Below, one piece after another: positions 48,859-59,399 of a stretch of 64,000 bases of DNA. A program made the position numbers and the translations under genes. Where the stretch lies: positions 26,694-90,693 of the forward strand of contig JAYPVM010000011.1 of assembly GCA_038134595.1 (NCBI GenBank), given 5' to 3'. How positions within the stretch are numbered: the first letter of the stretch is position 1; each line of letters opens with the position of its first letter. The notes below the pieces were generated by a model. The model was not told the origin of the DNA and did not search any database. It saw nothing but the letters and a program-made list of their open reading frames with translations. This DNA comes from Pseudomonadota bacterium (lineage in GTDB: Bacteria > Bdellovibrionota_C > UBA2361 > OMII01).

Positions 48859-51800
48859 GTGTTAATGACCATCTCCCTCTACGGCTCACCAGATGCTCTC
48901 TCCACCCAATTTACGCACTCACTGCTTCGAGATCTGACGGCTGTTGGTGTCGAACTAGCTGGCATTACTAGTCAGTGGGTATACCTGTTAGATTCCCAAG
49001 CTCTTAGTGAGTCTGAGGTCCAAAAGGCTCTGGATCTCCTTTGTAATGGCACGCACCACCAGTCTACAGAGGTAGGAGATATAAACTTCTTAGTCGGCCC
49101 CCGCCTTGGGACTATTTCTCCGTGGTCATCAAAGGCTACTGATATCTTTACTCTCTGCTCACTTCCCAGAGTCAAACGAGTCGAGCGCTTAATGGCGGTA
49201 AGCCTTCACCTCACCCCACAAAGCACTCAAACGCTGACTCCCGAGCTCCAACGGCAGATATTATCTCGATTCTTCGACCCGATGCGGGAGGCGATCTACC
49301 AAAACATAAACGAAGCAATGAAGCTCTTTGAAATCGACACACCCCGCAAGAAATCAGAGATCGATATTCTTTCTGGTGGACTTTCCGCACTTGAAGACGC
49401 CGATCGATCACTAGGGCTTGCATTAGCGCCCGATGAGAAAGAGTACCTCGTTGAGTCATTCTCAAAACTTGGGAGAAACCCAACCGATGTAGAACTGATG
49501 ATGTTTGCACAAGCTAACAGCGAACACTGTCGGCATAAGATCTTTAACGCCCAGTGGACTATCGATGGAGAGTCGATGGAGAAATCGCTTTTTGCGATGA
49601 TCAGAAACACTCATGAAAAAAACAAGGGTCACACCCTTTCAGCGTACAAAGATAACGCCGCTGTCATGAAGGGTCATACAGCAGAAAGGTTCTATTCCAA
49701 GAGCACCGCCGAGCAAGCTTCCATCGGTCACTATGACTACTCAGAGGAAGACGTCGAGATACTTATGAAGGTCGAGACGCATAATCATCCGACTGCCATC
49801 TCTCCCTTTCCAGGAGCCGCAACAGGTAGCGGCGGCGAGATTAGAGACGAAGGTGCCACGGGACGCGGTGCGAAACCGAAAGCAGGGCTCACGGGTTTTA
49901 GCGTTTCTAATCTTCGCATCCCCAATGCCGAAAATCCTTGGGAGAGAAGCGAATCAAAACCCGTTCGAATCGCCTCGCCTCTTTCGATTATGATAGACGG
50001 GCCGCTTGGCGGTGCGGCGTTTAACAATGAATTCGGCAGACCAAATTTGTGTGGTTACTTTCGAACCTTCGAGATGCCTGCAACACGTGCTTCAGAAGAT
50101 GGTGAAGTGACAGAGGTTCGAGGCTATCACAAACCGATTATGATAGCTGGTGGATTAGGTAACATTAAATCTGAGCATATCGAAAAAGGTCAGATTCCGG
50201 TTGGAGCCAAAATTATCGTTTTAGGCGGCCCCGCTATGTTAATCGGGCTCGGTGGTGGTGCCGCATCATCGATGGCTCAAGGCGAGAGTTCCGAAGATTT
50301 AGATTTTGCTTCAGTACAACGTGAAAACCCTGAGATGCAGAGACGATGCCAAGAGGTAATCGATAGATGCTGGTCACAAGGTGCCTCGAACCCTATTCTT
50401 TTCATCCACGATGTCGGCGCAGGAGGCTTATCGAATGCAGTGCCTGAGATTATTCACGACGGAGGTCGGGGTGGCGACTTCGAACTCCGAAACGTGCCTA
50501 ATTCAGAACCTTCGATGGCACCTCACGAGATATGGTGTAACGAATCGCAAGAACGATACGTGCTAGCGGTAGACTCCGATAGACTAAGTGAGTTTGATTC
50601 TATCTGTACACGAGAGCGGTGTCCGTACGCCGTGCTCGGAGAAACCACCGAAAAATTAGACCTCATCGTCCACGATAAACTTCACGACGATTACCCCGTT
50701 TCAATGCCGTTAGAGATACTTCTTGGAAAACCTCCTCGGATGCACCGTGAAGTTACCCGCTCAAAATTTGCCAACAAGCAACTCGCCCTTGACGATATCG
50801 ATGTAGCAGAGGCTGTAAAACGAGTACTTATGCTTCCCACAGTTGCTGACAAGTCGTTTCTTATCACCATCGGAGATAGATCGGTTACTGGGCTTGTTGC
50901 TCGAGACCAGATGATTGGTCCGTGGCAGGTTCCTGTCTCTGATGTAGCTGTAACAGCCAGTGGCTACCGAAGCTATAAGGGAGAAGCGATGTCTATGGGC
51001 GAACGAGCTCCAATAGCGCTGATAGATCACGCAGCCTCAGCGCGTATGGCTGTAGCTGAAGCGATTACCAATCTGATGGCTGCAGACGTTACAGCACTCT
51101 CTGATATTCGTCTCTCTGCTAACTGGCAATCATCCGCTTCACATCCAGGAGAGGGTGCTGGACTCTACGAGGCAGTGCACGCAATTGGAGAAGAGCTGTG
51201 TCCTGCCCTAGGTATTTCAATCCCTGTCGGCAAAGACTCTATGTCGATGAATACCGTGTGGCAGGAACACGACGTGGAGAAGAAGGTTATCGCCCCACTG
51301 TCTCTCATTATTAGCGCATTTTCTCCGGCGCACGACATCCGAAAGACACTTACTCCCCAGCTTATACAAGATACCGATACTACGCTCGTGCTATTTGATC
51401 TTGGTAAAGGCAAATCTAGGCTAGGTGCTAGCGCCCTCTCACAGGTCTACGAGCAGATAGGTAACACTGCGCCCGATCTTGATGCTCCAACAGACCTCAT
51501 AAACTTCTTTAATGCTATGCGAGCTGTTCGCAATAGCGTTGGTGTTTACGCCTACCACGACCGATCCGATGGAGGATTGCTCGCATGTATCTGCGAGATG
51601 GCATTTGCTGGAAATACTGGTGTCGATATCACTCTCTCCTCACCTGACAATCTTCTTGCGGAGTTATTTAACGAGGAGTTAGGTGCAGTGATTCAGGTTA
51701 ACTCTTCCGATCTGGCGCGTGTTCTAGAGATAGCGAGAGAACACAATCTAGAGGATGCCGTTCGGCAAATCGGAGCTGTCGATCCTTCTTCTAAGGCACT

Positions 51801-52794
51801 AAGCATTCGTATCGAAGATAGCTGTGTTTATACTGCGCCTCTTGAGAAGCTTCGAGGATTCTGGTCTGACACAAGCTATCAGATCCAAAAACTCCGAGAC
51901 ACCGAGGAATCAGCTCTAGAAGAACGCTCCTGGAAGAAGGACGTTTCTCGCCGTGGTTTGTTTGCGGAATTAACCTTTAATGCAGAATCAGCAGCTACTA
52001 CTCGCCGACACACAAATCTTCGACCAAAGGTAGCTATCCTCCGAGAGCAGGGGATAAACGGTCACGTTGAGATGGCAGCAGCTTTTCATGAAGCAGGCTT
52101 TGAGAGTCACGACGTTCATATGAGCGATGTTTTTGCAAACCGTGTCAACCTCTCCGACTATCAGGGACTCATAGCGTGTGGAGGCTTTAGCTACGGTGAT
52201 GTTTTGGGAGCAGGCACCGGATGGGCACAAACGATTCTAAACAACAGTCACGCTCGGGACGCCTTTCAAGAGTTCTTTCACCGTCCGACGACATTTACTC
52301 TTGGAGTGTGCAACGGCTGTCAGATGCTCTCGCAGCTAAAAAGCCTCATACCCGGAGCAGAGGAGTTTCCGCGATTCTTGCAGAATAATTCGCTGCGATT
52401 TGAAGCTCGTTTAGTAATGAATGAAATAAGTGACTCTCCCTCTATTTTCTTTCGCGAAATGTCGGGTTCGAAACTTCCCATAGTTGTTGCACACGGAGAG
52501 GGGCGAGCAGTGTTTGCCGATGATAATCCCTCGCAAAATATAGTGGGGCGTTATATCGATGGAACAGGTTCTGTAACTGAAGCCTACCCCGATAATCCAA
52601 ACGGCAGTAAGAATGGAGTAACAGGCGTCTGCTCAGCAGATGGAAGAGTTACCATAATGATGCCCCATCCTGAGCGAGTCTTTCGGTGTGTTCAATTCTC
52701 GTATCTGCCGAGTGCTTTTAAGAACCATGGTTTCGTCGAATATTCCCCATGGGTGCGAATGTTTGAGAATGCTAGAAGGTTTGTAGGACAGTGA
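48859..52794 (+). CDS. purL: Phosphoribosylformylglycinamidine synthase (large single-chain PurL)
   Basis: [79 protein letters not shown]. Confidence 0.98.
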   Translation: MLMTISLYGSPDALSTQFTHSLLRDLTAVGVELAGITSQWVYLLDSQALSESEVQKALDLLCNGTHHQSTEVGDINFLVGPRLGTISPWSSKATDIFTLCSLPRVKRVERLMAVSLHLTPQSTQTLTPELQRQILSRFFDPMREAIYQNINEAMKLFEIDTPRKKSEIDILSGGLSALEDADRSLGLALAPDEKEYLVESFSKLGRNPTDVELMMFAQANSEHCRHKIFNAQWTIDGESMEKSLFAMIRNTHEKNKGHTLSAYKDNAAVMKGHTAERFYSKSTAEQASIGHYDYSEEDVEILMKVETHNHPTAISPFPGAATGSGGEIRDEGATGRGAKPKAGLTGFSVSNLRIPNAENPWERSESKPVRIASPLSIMIDGPLGGAAFNNEFGRPNLCGYFRTFEMPATRASEDGEVTEVRGYHKPIMIAGGLGNIKSEHIEKGQIPVGAKIIVLGGPAMLIGLGGGAASSMAQGESSEDLDFASVQRENPEMQRRCQEVIDRCWSQGASNPILFIHDVGAGGLSNAVPEIIHDGGRGGDFELRNVPNSEPSMAPHEIWCNESQERYVLAVDSDRLSEFDSICTRERCPYAVLGETTEKLDLIVHDKLHDDYPVSMPLEILLGKPPRMHREVTRSKFANKQLALDDIDVAEAVKRVLMLPTVADKSFLITIGDRSVTGLVARDQMIGPWQVPVSDVAVTASGYRSYKGEAMSMGERAPIALIDHAASARMAVAEAITNLMAADVTALSDIRLSANWQSSASHPGEGAGLYEAVHAIGEELCPALGISIPVGKDSMSMNTVWQEHDVEKKVIAPLSLIISAFSPAHDIRKTLTPQLIQDTDTTLVLFDLGKGKSRLGASALSQVYEQIGNTAPDLDAPTDLINFFNAMRAVRNSVGVYAYHDRSDGGLLACICEMAFAGNTGVDITLSSPDNLLAELFNEELGAVIQVNSSDLARVLEIAREHNLEDAVRQIGAVDPSSKALSIRIEDSCVYTAPLEKLRGFWSDTSYQIQKLRDTEESALEERSWKKDVSRRGLFAELTFNAESAATTRRHTNLRPKVAILREQGINGHVEMAAAFHEAGFESHDVHMSDVFANRVNLSDYQGLIACGGFSYGDVLGAGTGWAQTILNNSHARDAFQEFFHRPTTFTLGVCNGCQMLSQLKSLIPGAEEFPRFLQNNSLRFEARLVMNEISDSPSIFFREMSGSKLPIVVAHGEGRAVFADDNPSQNIVGRYIDGTGSVTEAYPDNPNGSKNGVTGVCSADGRVTIMMPHPERVFRCVQFSYLPSAFKNHGFVEYSPWVRMFENARRFVGQ

Positions 52795-53126
52795 GTAATG
52801 CTTTCATTGCATCGGCCCTTTTGAAATAGTCGGATAGATAATACAGCTCCTCACTAGGATTTTTCTTTGATACGTATCACCGTACCGATATCTACTGAAC
52901 GAGCGGTGTATGGACCAACAACTCAGAGCCGATTCTCGAACTAGATCAACAATTTTCCGCTAAATAGGTGCTCAAATAGCTCTAGGTCGCTCGAGGGGTC
53001 CTTTCCTCCGAGCGCGCCTACCCATCCCTAAGTTAATCAATACCTGAGAAGCTTCCTGATGTCCCCTTACGATCCATTCAACTCAGCGCCAGGTCACTGT
53101 TAACCCCCCTTCCCTGGTATCGGTAT

Positions 53127-54240
53127 TGACCGTTTCCCAGAAAACTGGACACTTATAATGTAGAAAATTCTAGTATGGCACCTTCTTTGAAAAGGAGAAA
53201 GAGATGCCAAGAAAGAAGTACACGGAGGGGCAGATAGCCCTGGTAGTGAAGGAGCTTGAGAACGGAGCGAAGGTGGGGGATGTCTGCCGGAAGCTAGGGG
53301 TATCCAAGGCGACAGTCTACAACTGGCACAAGAGGTTCGCTGGTATGAGTACCCCGGAGGTGCGCCGATTGAAGCAGCTTGAGGAAGAGAATGCCCGTCT
53401 CAAGCGAGTTGTGGCAGACCTGACGCTGGATAAAGTCATTCTACAGGACGTTATCTTAAAAAAGCTCTAAAGCCTGCGCGCAGGCGTAAGCTCGCCAAGG
53501 GAATTCGCGATGAATTCAAGGTGAGCGTACGGCAAGCTTGCAGGCTTATGCAGATTGAGCGGAGCCTCTACTACTATCGACCGCATCGAGACTGGTAGGA
53601 AGGCTTGCGGATGCGTTTAAAAGAGCTCGCCGCGGCTCGTCCGAGGTTTGGATATCTGCGGCTTCATATGCTGCTGCGGCGCGAAGTGTGGGGGGTAAAC
53701 AGGAAGCGGGTCTACAGGCTCTATCGCGAGGAGGGGCTTCAAGTGCGAACGAAAAAGCGAAGGAAGAAGCTCGCCACCCGGGTGCGAGCTTCGCAGAGCG
53801 AAGCAACTAGCCGAGATGCGCGATGGAGCATGGATTTTGTCTCAGATCAGCTCGTTGGAGGACGCCAATTCCGGGTGCTTACTTTAGTCGACCTCTACTC
53901 TCGGGAGTGCCTTGCTCTGAGAGCTGGATTCTCGCTTAAGAGAGGTGATGTTGCCGCTGTCCTGGATGGGTTGAAACGCAACGGACGAAAACCTAAAACT
54001 ATCACCGTCGACAATGGAAGCGAATTCACCTCCAAGGAGCTCGATACATGGAGCTACCTCAACGACGTGAAGCTCGACTTCATAAGACCCGGAAAACCCG
54101 TTGAAAATTGCTACATTGAGAGCTTTAACGGGAAGCTACGAGATGAGTACCTCAATATGAACCTCTTCTTCACCCTTACGCAAGTGGAGCAGACTATGCG
54201 TAACTGGCTGCACGACTACAACCAGGTCAGACCTCTCAGG
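53127..54240 (+). mobile_element. IS3-family insertion sequence, inactivated and right-truncated
   Basis: Left end TGACCGTTTCCCAGAAAACTGGACA; orfA/orfB with slippery AAAAAAG near 53458; orfB has an in-frame TAG at 53596 and breaks after YNQVRP; no right IR seen. Confidence 0.88.
53204..53470 (+). CDS. IS3-family transposase OrfA
   Basis: KKYTEGQI...VCRKLGVSKATVYNW...RLKQLEEENARLKRVVADLTLD. Confidence 0.9.
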   Translation: MPRKKYTEGQIALVVKELENGAKVGDVCRKLGVSKATVYNWHKRFAGMSTPEVRRLKQLEEENARLKRVVADLTLDKVILQDVILKKL

Positions 54241-54258
54241 TTATTTCTGGGTGTTTGA
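53467..54258 (+). pseudogene. IS3-family transposase OrfB (DDE integrase core), pseudogene
   Basis: RFGYLRL, WSMDFVSD, TVDNGSEF, PGKPVENCYIESFNGKLRDE; premature stop at 53596-53598 and missing C-terminus. Confidence 0.85.
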
Positions 54259-54479
54259 AAATACCAAGTGACACTATATCTTCATGAATGCCCTCGTCTC
54301 CGTAGACAACAACAATTTTACCAGACTGATTAGCTTTCTTAATAAGGTCCAGTACTTTTTCTGATTTAATGATATTTTAACGAACAATGTCTATATCTTG
54401 TGCTTGAGAACAAAAAGTAAGGACAAGTAATAAAAAAAGCTGCGCAAAGACAAAATGGCTAAGGTGAAGCTTTCTCACT

Positions 54480-55067
54480 CTACTTTAGCCCAGCTAGTGC
54501 CTTATAATTAACAGCCTCTGCATACTTCTGTAAGTCTTCAAGAGCAACTCCGTTTCCGGAAACTGTCACAAGATACTTATTCTCAACAAGTATCTGGATA
54601 TCACCTCCTTTATTCTCAGCAACATAGCGACTAACTGAATTATAACCAGCAATCCTAAGTATTTTCTGTCCACGAGCGCCAAACATGGCTGGATTAGAAA
54701 ATATCATACTCATACTCTGAATCATTGGAGAGTCAGACATAATAGTAATTGTAACGTTACTTTCTGCCTTAGAGTAATCGCGACTTGCATTTACCCCGCC
54801 AAACATTCCGCCACCAATTGCAGTAGAGTTAGCTTCCCGAGCAGTCCAGCCATCTAATGCCTCAGGAAGGACGGCAGAAACACCTTCTCCCTTCTTTTGG
54901 CGCAGAATCTGTGCAGCATAGTCAAGGTTCTCTATAGCTTTACTGTTATTGCCTGCTTTATAGTCGGCGATTGCTAGGTTAATCGAGTCCATCACGTCAT
55001 CTGCAAATGACGTGATGGGATAAAAAACGAGATAAGCTAGTAAAAGAATTTCTAATCTAAAAGGCAT
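54480..55067 (-). CDS. Hypothetical secreted protein
   Basis: Signal peptide ...ITSFA-DD; 195 aa; 5 nt from the vWA gene. Confidence 0.75.
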   Translation of the reverse strand: MPFRLEILLLAYLVFYPITSFADDVMDSINLAIADYKAGNNSKAIENLDYAAQILRQKKGEGVSAVLPEALDGWTAREANSTAIGGGMFGGVNASRDYSKAESNVTITIMSDSPMIQSMSMIFSNPAMFGARGQKILRIAGYNSVSRYVAENKGGDIQILVENKYLVTVSGNGVALEDLQKYAEAVNYKALAGLK

Positions 55068-55072
55068 GATCC

Positions 55073-56593
55073 CTACTCACTCTCCTCAGTAATATCTACA
55101 CCTTCCCTCACAGGCGCTGCAGATTCTATTTTAAGTTCAAAAGTATATTGATGAACTCTAGTAAGAAAATCTGATCTAAGTTTTAGATAAAAAGTTCCGT
55201 CTTCAGGAGCTACAAATGTAGCAAGCATCGGACTATCTACACCCCTTCCACGTTGATTACCACGAATCTTACTATTATATGCATCATATAACTCAGCATC
55301 GACAGTCGGCCAATTAGAAGTAGAAAGAGAATTATAGTGAAATGACAACTTATCTCCTTTTTTAGCTTCAAATTTAAACATATCTGCGGAATCGTCATTA
55401 TCTGAGCCACCCATGTAGTTTTTCTCATACTTTCTATTTACTTCAATAGGTAAAGCAGTGCTTAATGACGAACCTGCATCTTTATCAGTATCTGCATCCC
55501 CCTTAATTTCAAGATTAACCATAAAAGAAGCTCCTTCTTTGTGAAGACTATAACCAAAAAACGATCCATATCTAATGTAATAACGACCTGACTCTCTAAC
55601 GGTCTTAAAACCACTTGCTTCATCAAAATTTTTATTAGCAGTTCGAATCTCCTTTATTTTTTCATATTTAGAATCATGAAGAGATAAGCCTGCTTGCCTT
55701 GCATCTTTTGCCTCTACCGGCACTCCACTCTTATTAAACTCAATATGCTTTTCAAAATTCTTAACATTAAGTTCAACATGAGTACCTGCCTCTACATCTA
55801 AATAAAAATAATCAAACTCTTCTCTTTTCTGATGGTGGTCAAGCTTTAGCTCTTTTCCTAACCACTCCTTCTTAAACTCGACAGCAGAAAGGAATCCATC
55901 TCCCCCACGCACCTCAAGACCGTTTGCGTCTATTTCTTCCTTATTTTTTTCAATCAAGTATGTTTCCTTCGTCGCCTCTTCAAATGCCTCACCAAGCTTT
56001 GTAGCATCTGTAGCATCAAAGTACTTACCACCAGAAAAATTTGCGATGTCTTGTAGCTGCTTTCTTGCAACATCGTTTACGTTAAAGCCAATTGTGTGAA
56101 CGATCACTTTAAAACCTTGGTCTTTTAGGCGCTGTAAAACTGCGACCGGGTCACCGCCGCATGTTTCCTCGCCATCACTTAGTAGGATAATCACTCTTTC
56201 AGGCTCGCGGGACTTGCCTGCAGCTATCATGTCTTCAGCTGCTTTTTCTAGCGAGTAAGCAATTGGCGTGTAGCCTTTAGGGGAAAGGCTTGATAGCGCA
56301 AGTGCAATACTGCCAGTATCAGCTTTTGCAAATGGGAAAATTAGCTCTGTGTCCTTACAACTCTCTTCTTTGTTTGTCTGCTCAACTCGGTGAGCGAAAA
56401 CTCTCACGGCAACAAGCTGCTCTGCTGGAATCTGCTTTAGATTATTAATCAGGGCCTTGCGCGCGATATCAATCTGCTTTTCTCCGTTTAGCTCTTTTGC
56501 CATCGATCCTGAAACATCAAATACAAATTCAACATCTGTTTCTGCATAAGCAAATGAAACAAAGAATAGAATACTAATTAACAGGGCTCTCAT
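55073..56593 (-). CDS. Secreted von Willebrand factor A (vWA) domain protein with C-terminal beta-sandwich (PPC-like) repeats
   Basis: Signal peptide; MIDAS FDVSGSM, GYTPIA, LLSDGEETCGGDP, HTIGF; D.DYFY/DMFKFEAKKGD...GTFYLKL repeats. Confidence 0.88.
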   Translation of the reverse strand: MRALLISILFFVSFAYAETDVEFVFDVSGSMAKELNGEKQIDIARKALINNLKQIPAEQLVAVRVFAHRVEQTNKEESCKDTELIFPFAKADTGSIALALSSLSPKGYTPIAYSLEKAAEDMIAAGKSREPERVIILLSDGEETCGGDPVAVLQRLKDQGFKVIVHTIGFNVNDVARKQLQDIANFSGGKYFDATDATKLGEAFEEATKETYLIEKNKEEIDANGLEVRGGDGFLSAVEFKKEWLGKELKLDHHQKREEFDYFYLDVEAGTHVELNVKNFEKHIEFNKSGVPVEAKDARQAGLSLHDSKYEKIKEIRTANKNFDEASGFKTVRESGRYYIRYGSFFGYSLHKEGASFMVNLEIKGDADTDKDAGSSLSTALPIEVNRKYEKNYMGGSDNDDSADMFKFEAKKGDKLSFHYNSLSTSNWPTVDAELYDAYNSKIRGNQRGRGVDSPMLATFVAPEDGTFYLKLRSDFLTRVHQYTFELKIESAAPVREGVDITEESE

Positions 56594-56660
56594 TTTCTCT
56601 TTCCTTCTACTTGAGCATTAAGCTCGTTATAAAAAATAATACTAAAAGCGCTAAACTTAC

Positions 56661-57371
56661 TTAGCCCTTTTGTTCTAAAACTGCCATTAGCTTTTCAGAC
56701 TGGTATCCAAAAAGCTTAACAGGAGCATCAGTCTCAAGACGCTCTTCGATAAATTTAAGAAAACTTCTAAAATCACTACCAACGCGGGTGTATGTTTGAT
56801 CAGCCGTTGTAATTTTCTTTTGATAAGCAATAGCTTCTTCTCTGGAGAAAAAAGCTGGCACCAGTTTTTTCCCCGCAATCGTTGTCGAATACGGCTCTTT
56901 TGTCTTATCGTTCATTAAATATTCTGGATAAACCCATGCCTGAGATAGGTCTTCAAACACAACCATATCAGGGTTATTGAAAGAGGTTGATAAAGGCTTA
57001 TCTAACATTGTGTACTGTTTCTTGAGAATGAGATGCAGGTTAGAAACTTTAACTTTCATTGTTTGATTAAACTGCTGGGACTGCTCTTTAGCAGTCTGCT
57101 CCGCTGCGTCTTTATTTAGATAGAGAATGACCGCAAAGTGAAGCGGTTCACGCATTGCAAGTGGCTGCTTACTTTGTGCTCTCTGCTCATCAAAACCTGC
57201 CACTTGGGCGCCGCCACGCGCATTTTTAACGTAGTAGACCTCAGCCATGATCGAATCAAAAACTTGGTTGGCTTTAGCTGGATCGAGTTCTTTAAGATCT
57301 CCCTTATCAATCCCCCAAGATGCTAGCGGAAAAAGTAAATAGAGAAAAATAGCTGCGGATATGACTCTCAT
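56661..57371 (-). CDS. Secreted protein, Tic22-like two-repeat architecture
   Basis: Signal peptide; EVYYVKNARGGAQV, ILYLNKDAAEQ...MKVKVSNL, LVPAFFSREEAIAY. Confidence 0.55.
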   Translation of the reverse strand: MRVISAAIFLYLLFPLASWGIDKGDLKELDPAKANQVFDSIMAEVYYVKNARGGAQVAGFDEQRAQSKQPLAMREPLHFAVILYLNKDAAEQTAKEQSQQFNQTMKVKVSNLHLILKKQYTMLDKPLSTSFNNPDMVVFEDLSQAWVYPEYLMNDKTKEPYSTTIAGKKLVPAFFSREEAIAYQKKITTADQTYTRVGSDFRSFLKFIEERLETDAPVKLFGYQSEKLMAVLEQKG

Positions 57372-57373
57372 AA

Positions 57374-57487
57374 TTATCGCACCGTTGGTGTAGAAATGGG
57401 TTCACCGACTCTCTGGCCTAATGATGGACAAATGAACAAAAAGAGGGAGCAGTACAAAAACCCGACAATAGAAAATAAGATTCTCAT
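57374..57487 (-). CDS. 37-aa ORF, essentially a signal peptide (possible deletion remnant)
   Basis: MRILFSIVGFLYCSLFLFICPSLGQRVGEPISTPTVR*, stop 2 nt from the next ATG. Confidence 0.3.
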   Translation of the reverse strand: MRILFSIVGFLYCSLFLFICPSLGQRVGEPISTPTVR

Positions 57488-57636
57488 AACTACTTTAAAT
57501 CCCAAGCGTTCGTTTCAAATCATTTCATTCTCAAGGGGGGGGGGATCGACGTGCTTGATACAAAACTTTAGCTATTTGTCCTGGACTTAAAGGAAATCGA
57601 CTCTTTTGACAAGAGCATTTCGTAAGAGGGACCGTT

Positions 57637-57676
57637 CTTAAGGATAGGAACATCGATCGATGTTCCTATCCTTAAG
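57637..57676. repeat. Perfect 40-bp palindrome built from two inverted oriIS-like ends
   Basis: CTTAAGGATAGGAACATCGA|TCGATGTTCCTATCCTTAAG; 57654-57673 is identical to 60968-60987. Confidence 0.9.
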
Positions 57677-57908
57677 GAGCTCTCGTATCTTACGATTAGA
57701 GAAGACGCCTGCCATAGGAACCTGTCCGCAGGCCTGACGGGAAGACAATTATCGGTTGGAAAACGCGGACGCCCTACAAAAAAAAGAGGTAGCGCGCTTT
57801 TCCCCGTTCTCGACAATATCTTAGGTCAAATACATACAAGTTCTTTCTCAGTCTTCGAGTCAGTGGTAAATTAGGAGTATCGCATATGTAGCTATTGTGA
57901 GTGAGCTT

Positions 57909-58118
57909 ATGAAATTGCCTGACACGCTATTACACACCCTAGCGCTGAGCGCCTCGAGTTTGCTTTTACGAGGGGTACCAGTAGATGCCGCGCTGGCGTT
58001 ACTGCTGAGCTCCGAGAGTGGCCATCTCGCTGTTGTCACGAATATACAAACGGCCTCCGACGCTACCCCAACGCCCCCCGAGCCGCTCGATATGTGCACA
58101 GCTTGCGGTAGGGGTTAA
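57909..58118 (+). CDS. Putative RiPP precursor peptide (chryseobasin ChrA-like, C-terminal CTACGRG)
   Basis: MKLPDTLLHTLALS...TPTPPEPLDMCTACGRG*; TAATG overlap with the MNIO gene; ORF track starts at 57897. Confidence 0.8.
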   Translation: MKLPDTLLHTLALSASSLLLRGVPVDAALALLLSSESGHLAVVTNIQTASDATPTPPEPLDMCTACGRG

Positions 58119-59002
58119 TGTCGCGGATTCCACCACACATGGGAATCTCCCTTATGGTGGATCCCCCGTTTTTGACCGCCACCTATCCGCTGTTTGAGGA
58201 TGGCGTTGTAGATGTCGTGGAATGGAGCTTCGATATAGCGTGGGACGCTTCGCCTATCGTTGGATGGGCTAGTGAATTACTCAAGCACTACTCCGCGCGC
58301 AAGCGCCTGATCGGGCACGGCGTCACGTTATCTATTCTGACAGTCGACGCGGCTAATCATCACGAGAGCTGGTTCACGAGATTCGCTGATGAAGTTGGAA
58401 AACTAGATTATCGACATATTTCTGAGCATTTTGGTTTTATGCTGGCGGGAGTTTTTCATCAGGGCGCGCCCTTGCCGGTATTCGCGGATGAGACTCTGCT
58501 AGATCTAACACGCGAGCGAATGAGGAGGCTCCAACACATCGCGGGAGTGCCAATCGGTCTAGAGAATTTAGCGTTCGCCTTTGGACCGCATGAGATTGAG
58601 CGACAAGCCAGATTTATTGGGGATATACTAAAGTCCGTGGACGGATTCCTCGTACTTGATTTGCACAATCTCTTCTGCCAGGCGAAGAACTTTGAGCGAG
58701 ATATAACTGAATTAATCGCCTTTTACGATCTATCGCGCGTGAAAGAGATTCATATCTCGGGGGGATCGTGGTCAGAGAGCGGTGATCCCATGGACGCGAG
58801 GCCCGTGAGGCGCGACACGCATGACGCGAGGGTCCCCGAGGAGATTCTTCGCGTTTTACCGCAGGCGCTGAAGATGTGCCCGAACGTAGAGGCGGTTATC
58901 CTTGAGCGATTAGGAGATACTTTGACAAATGAGCATGAGATCTCTCACTTTCAGGAGGATTATCACAGAATACGCTCAATCGTCGCGGGAGTGAGTCAGT
59001 GA
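58118..59002 (+). CDS. Multinuclear non-heme iron-dependent oxidative enzyme (MNIO, DUF692/UPF0276)
   Basis: LIGHGVTLS, ISEHFGF, IGLENLAF, LDLHNL, EIHISGG, RRDTHD, VILER. Confidence 0.92.
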   Translation: MSRIPPHMGISLMVDPPFLTATYPLFEDGVVDVVEWSFDIAWDASPIVGWASELLKHYSARKRLIGHGVTLSILTVDAANHHESWFTRFADEVGKLDYRHISEHFGFMLAGVFHQGAPLPVFADETLLDLTRERMRRLQHIAGVPIGLENLAFAFGPHEIERQARFIGDILKSVDGFLVLDLHNLFCQAKNFERDITELIAFYDLSRVKEIHISGGSWSESGDPMDARPVRRDTHDARVPEEILRVLPQALKMCPNVEAVILERLGDTLTNEHEISHFQEDYHRIRSIVAGVSQ

Positions 59003-59220
59003 GCAAGGACCCTCAAACAGTTAGTTCCTTTCAGTCTATGTTGCTTGAGATATTAGCCGAGGATCTTCCGATCGACGCGGTAATGGAAAAACTGAAAAAC
59101 GAGAAGTCGTTCGCCGCGTTTCAGGATCAGATAGCGCTCTGGGAGCCAAGAATGGTTCGGGTGGCGTCAGATCTGGTCAAAAAATGGGGTAAGCGCTGCG
59201 ACCGAGGCGAAGGCTTATAA
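58999..59220 (+). CDS. Small putative MNIO partner protein
   Basis: GTGA overlap with the MNIO stop; 73-aa helical protein ending DLVKKWGKR. Confidence 0.7.
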   Translation: MSKDPQTVSSFQSMLLEILAEDLPIDAVMEKLKNEKSFAAFQDQIALWEPRMVRVASDLVKKWGKRCDRGEGL

Positions 59221-59399
59221 ATCGCTATGAAGGCCCTTCTTGCTCGCGCAGTCCCAAGGGAATTGGAGAGGACGGTCGTATTTGTCAGGCAACTGGGCCT
59301 TGGTTAAGCCTGCCTTCACTGCCACAGCAAATCCTTGCACCAACTCGCCCGCATCTGGCGCAACGACCTGGACGCCAAGTTAGCGGACTGAGTCTGCCT

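Noticed and set aside
52983..53020. Imperfect hairpin downstream of purL as an ncRNA or tRNA
   Set aside because: No cloverleaf, T-loop or known riboswitch motif recognised; too weak to call.
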